DNA from: Kofleriaceae bacterium
Lineage (GTDB): Bacteria; Myxococcota_A; Polyangia; Haliangiales; Haliangiaceae
Direction: 5' to 3'
DNA: 64,000 nt
Assembly: GCA_965215005.1 (NCBI GenBank)
Contig: CBDCCZ010000019.1
Location: 64,001 to 128,000 of the forward strand
Shown: positions 60,751 through 64,000 of the stretch, piece after piece
Layout of the letters: each line of letters begins with the position of its first letter
Numbering within the stretch: position 1 is the first letter of the stretch
Program-made: the position numbers and the translations under genes
The notes under the pieces: generated by a model
What the model saw: only the letters and a program-made list of their open reading frames with translations
Databases searched by the model: none
Told to the model about the DNA's origin: nothing

Positions 60751-63111
60751 ATGAAACCACGCGCCACGCATCTAATGATGGGGCTCGCGGCCGCGGTCGC
60801 GCTAACGGCGGCCCACCGCGGTGCGCGAGCCGACGCCGTCGACAGGATCGGAAGACGTCTCATCGAGCTGCAGGGCGAGGCGCAGGGGCTATCGCAGGGC
60901 ATTCGCCGTCCAGAGCAGCAGGCGCCAGCAGACGCAGACGCGCGCCGTCTCATCGATGCACAGGTTGCGTTTGGCATCGGCAACTTCGACGACGCAGCGC
61001 TCATGCTCTACGACTTTGTCGAAAGCAATCCGCGTCACCGGGCGATTGATGAAGCGCTGTACTACCTCGCCGAGTCGCTGTTTCAGAAAGGTGACAACGT
61101 CGCCGCTCGCAGCTTCTTTCTCAGACTCGTCAACGACCATCCTCAGAGTAAGTTCTATCAACAGGGTCTCGAACGACTGGTAGAGCTCTCGCTGAAGCTG
61201 CGCGATGCGACGGGTGTTGATGCTTGGCTCACCGCGCTCGCCAATCTGCCAGCGGGTGCGCGACGACCATCGGTGCCTTATGTTCGCGGCAAGTACGCCT
61301 TCTTCTCCGAGAACTATGCAGAGGCGTTACAGCATTTCCGCGAAGTGGAAAGCGGGTCTCAGTACTGGTTCCAGGCGAAGTACTTCACGGGAGCATCCCA
61401 CATCGCCCTCGGAAATCTGACCGAAGCGGTGCAGGCCTACTCGGAGCTGGTCAAGGCTCGCCCGCAACGTCCCGAGGACAAGCGGGTCCTAGAGCTCGCG
61501 CACATGGCGCTCGGACGCCTCTACTACGAACGCGATCAACCATCCAAAGCGATCGACGAGTATCTGATGATCTCCCGTCGATCGGACTTATTCGATGAAG
61601 CGCTCTACGAGGTGGCGTGGGTGTACGTAAAGAGCAAACAGTTCGAAAAAGCACTGCGCGCCCTCGAGCTGCTCGCACTAACCGATCCAACGTCTTCGAA
61701 GATGCCGGAGGTGCGTATTCTCGAGGGAAACCTCCGCATCCGAAAAGCGCAAAATCTTGCCGCGCTCAGCACCGGCAACGACGTGGAGGAGTACGTCAAG
61801 GCGATCCGCACCTTCGAGAAGACGCGAGAAGCGTTTGATGAACCATACCAAGAGCTGGTGAAGGCGATCGAAGCGCAGCAAGATCCATCGGTCTATTTGG
61901 CGCAAATCACGGGACGAACTTCGGAGGCCTTCGACGTGCAGTCGACGTTGCCCGAGACGGCGGCGGCATGGATTCGCGAGCAGCCAGAAGTTCAGCGCGT
62001 AGTTGGAATAGAAACGGACTTGGCGCAAATTTCCGATGAAATCGGCGAAGCGGAGCGCACCATTGGAAGGCTCGAGCACGCCATCTCATCGCCGTCACGG
62101 GTGCACATTTTTCCCACCCTCGCAGACAAACGCACCCGCTCGACCGAGATCCTCGAGGAGCTGTTTCGCCTTCGCCAGGAGATTGCTCAGCACGAGCGTG
62201 GACTGGTGGGCAAGTATGCAACTCCGACGGAAAAAGCCGAGCTTCAGCGCTTGCAGTCGCGGCGCGCTGAAGTTGCCGCTCAGCTAGCCGAGTTACCCAA
62301 TGCCGGATCTCCCTATGGTCAGCGCGTCGAGCTAGCCAAAGAGCAGTTCGATCAACTGGATCAACGGGCGGCGGAGATTCGCACGGTGATCGATACAACG
62401 ATGGCAACCATCATCGCGCTCGAGAAGTACATGAATGATGAGGACGAGGAAGGCCTGTCCAAGAGCGAGGCGAGCGCATATCGCGACAACATTACTGAGC
62501 TTCAGGCTGAGCTGCTTCAGCTCCAGCGCGAGCTCGAAGATGTTCGGCGAGAGATGGTCTTGGCTAGAGACCTCGCAGGAACGGGTGACGAGGTCGCCGA
62601 CCGTGCCGTCGGTTTGCGCGCGGCGCTGCGCCAAGCGCTCGATGACGAGCACCGATACATGACGCAGATCTTCGCTCGCGCCGGCGGCCGCGACCGCACC
62701 AAGGCTGATCAAATCACCTCCCTCACGCGCACCGCCAATGCCATTACGGTAACGCTGGACCAAAGCAACGAGAAGATCGACAAGATCGTTGACCTGGCGC
62801 TCGCCGACGTCCGCGGTGACCTCGAGGAGGAGAAAGCCAAGCTGGCGGCGTACAAGCGCGAGTTCATCACCTACGAAGGCGAGTCTCGCGAGCTCGGCGG
62901 CGCGATTCTCGCTTCGAGCTTCGGCGAGGTGAAGGACAAGTTCTACGACATCATCGTCCGCTCGGACATTGGCATCATCGACGTGACCTGGTCGCAGAAA
63001 GAGAGCGTCGACGAAGCGACGCAGCGTCTCGGTCTCGATAAACAACGCGAGATTCGAACCTTGCGCGAAGACTTCCGCGAGCTTCTCGAAGGGGAGCTGG
63101 GAGAAGAGTGA
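60751..63111 (+). CDS. Secreted TPR protein with long coiled-coil C-terminus
   Basis: Signal peptide; TPRs (EALYYLAESLF, LAHMALGRLYYE, EALYEVAWVY); heptad-rich tail. Confidence 0.85.
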   Translation: MKPRATHLMMGLAAAVALTAAHRGARADAVDRIGRRLIELQGEAQGLSQGIRRPEQQAPADADARRLIDAQVAFGIGNFDDAALMLYDFVESNPRHRAIDEALYYLAESLFQKGDNVAARSFFLRLVNDHPQSKFYQQGLERLVELSLKLRDATGVDAWLTALANLPAGARRPSVPYVRGKYAFFSENYAEALQHFREVESGSQYWFQAKYFTGASHIALGNLTEAVQAYSELVKARPQRPEDKRVLELAHMALGRLYYERDQPSKAIDEYLMISRRSDLFDEALYEVAWVYVKSKQFEKALRALELLALTDPTSSKMPEVRILEGNLRIRKAQNLAALSTGNDVEEYVKAIRTFEKTREAFDEPYQELVKAIEAQQDPSVYLAQITGRTSEAFDVQSTLPETAAAWIREQPEVQRVVGIETDLAQISDEIGEAERTIGRLEHAISSPSRVHIFPTLADKRTRSTEILEELFRLRQEIAQHERGLVGKYATPTEKAELQRLQSRRAEVAAQLAELPNAGSPYGQRVELAKEQFDQLDQRAAEIRTVIDTTMATIIALEKYMNDEDEEGLSKSEASAYRDNITELQAELLQLQRELEDVRREMVLARDLAGTGDEVADRAVGLRAALRQALDDEHRYMTQIFARAGGRDRTKADQITSLTRTANAITVTLDQSNEKIDKIVDLALADVRGDLEEEKAKLAAYKREFITYEGESRELGGAILASSFGEVKDKFYDIIVRSDIGIIDVTWSQKESVDEATQRLGLDKQREIRTLREDFRELLEGELGEE

Positions 63112-64000
63112 TGCGACATATCCTGCGCGCCGCGGTGGTTGCGGCGGTTCTCGCTCCGCTGGCTATACCGGCGCTTTCCAACGCACAGCCGGCGAATCCA
63201 ACCCAGGCGCGCCCGCCGCGCGTGCCGCCTCCCCCGCAGGCGGGCCCGACGGATCAGGCGCCGCTCGACATGAGCGAAATCGAGCTTCTTACGGAAATCG
63301 AGGATGACTACCGCCGCTATACCGAAGCGGCCGAGCGTCACCGCGAGCGCATGCGCGCCATCCTCAAAGGCGAGTTCGACGAGCGTCGCCGCACGCTTGA
63401 GAAACGCTACGACGAACGCATTGCACGCGCCGAACGCGAACGCCGACGCCGACATTTAGAAGCCGTCGCACTGCTCGAAAAGTTCATCAAAGAGCACCCA
63501 AATCAGCCGCAGTTCACGCCCGATGCGATGTTCCGTTTGGCCGACCTCTATCTTGATGAGGCGGAATGGGAGCTCGAGCGAATCGAAGAAGAAGGCAACT
63601 TCGATGAGGAGCCCATCGCCGATTACTCGCGAGCGATCGCGCTGTGGGACGAGATCATCGAGAAGTTTCCCGACTACCGACAGTTGCCTGGCACCATTTA
63701 TCTCCGCGCGCACTACGGCAAGATCGAAGATGAGCGCAAGTCGCTCCAGCTGTTCCTGTCGCTCGTCTGCGCAAACAAGTATTCGCCCTCGGGCGAGCCG
63801 CCACCGATGATGACGGAGGCAGAGGTCCGACAACGGTACGATCAACGCGCCCTCGCCAATCCCTACGCGGATTGCGTACCGATGAAGGACGCTGACCCCG
63901 AGCTACTAAACCACGCCTGGATTCGCGGAGTTGGCGATCATCACTTCAACGTGCCTGGCGAGCTCGACGAGGCGATTGCTGCCTATAACAAGGTGGCTGG
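63111..64000 (+). CDS. Secreted TPR protein, N-terminal part (runs off window end)
   Basis: ATG overlaps the previous TGA; MRHILRAAVVAAVLAPLAIPALSNAQ; FTPDAMFRLADLY, IEKFPDYRQ. Confidence 0.8.
   Translation, partial: MRHILRAAVVAAVLAPLAIPALSNAQPANPTQARPPRVPPPPQAGPTDQAPLDMSEIELLTEIEDDYRRYTEAAERHRERMRAILKGEFDERRRTLEKRYDERIARAERERRRRHLEAVALLEKFIKEHPNQPQFTPDAMFRLADLYLDEAEWELERIEEEGNFDEEPIADYSRAIALWDEIIEKFPDYRQLPGTIYLRAHYGKIEDERKSLQLFLSLVCANKYSPSGEPPPMMTEAEVRQRYDQRALANPYADCVPMKDADPELLNHAWIRGVGDHHFNVPGELDEAIAAYNKVA

Overview
High-GC chromosomal segment, most likely from a myxobacterium (inferred from gene content: Ser/Thr kinase-WD40, FHA-wHTH, DnaJ-TPR, PilZ, HDOD, large TPR proteins). It is mostly housekeeping: ftsQ-ftsA-ftsZ, aroE, xseA, cysS, grxC, murI, a clpX-like ATPase, murA-hisG, lipB, tRNA-Ala(CGC), tlyA, ugd, gatCAB, rplU-rpmA and obgE. 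Three accessory spots stand out. (1) 1.5-2.9 kb: an RHH/GNAT toxin-antitoxin pair whose toxin seems to have lost its catalytic core, next to a 4-copy ~78-bp hairpin repeat. (2) ~31-40 kb, beside the tRNA-Ala 3' end: a Ser/Thr kinase-WD40 gene split exactly by a 2528-bp IS66 (8-bp TSD), a decayed inverted IS66 end, and mirror-image G/C skew on the two flanks. (3) Between rpmA and obgE: a non-coding array of about 21 well-conserved plus ~6 degenerate 23-bp hairpins (TGAACGGATTTGCGATCCCTTCA) with 12-14-nt linkers and a 144-bp higher-order period, interrupted by a second IS66 copy. This array is the best candidate for something undescribed. It is not a CRISPR and its function cannot be read from sequence alone. 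Five single-base insertions between 13.9 and 20.1 kb, one in essential cysS, look like consensus errors.
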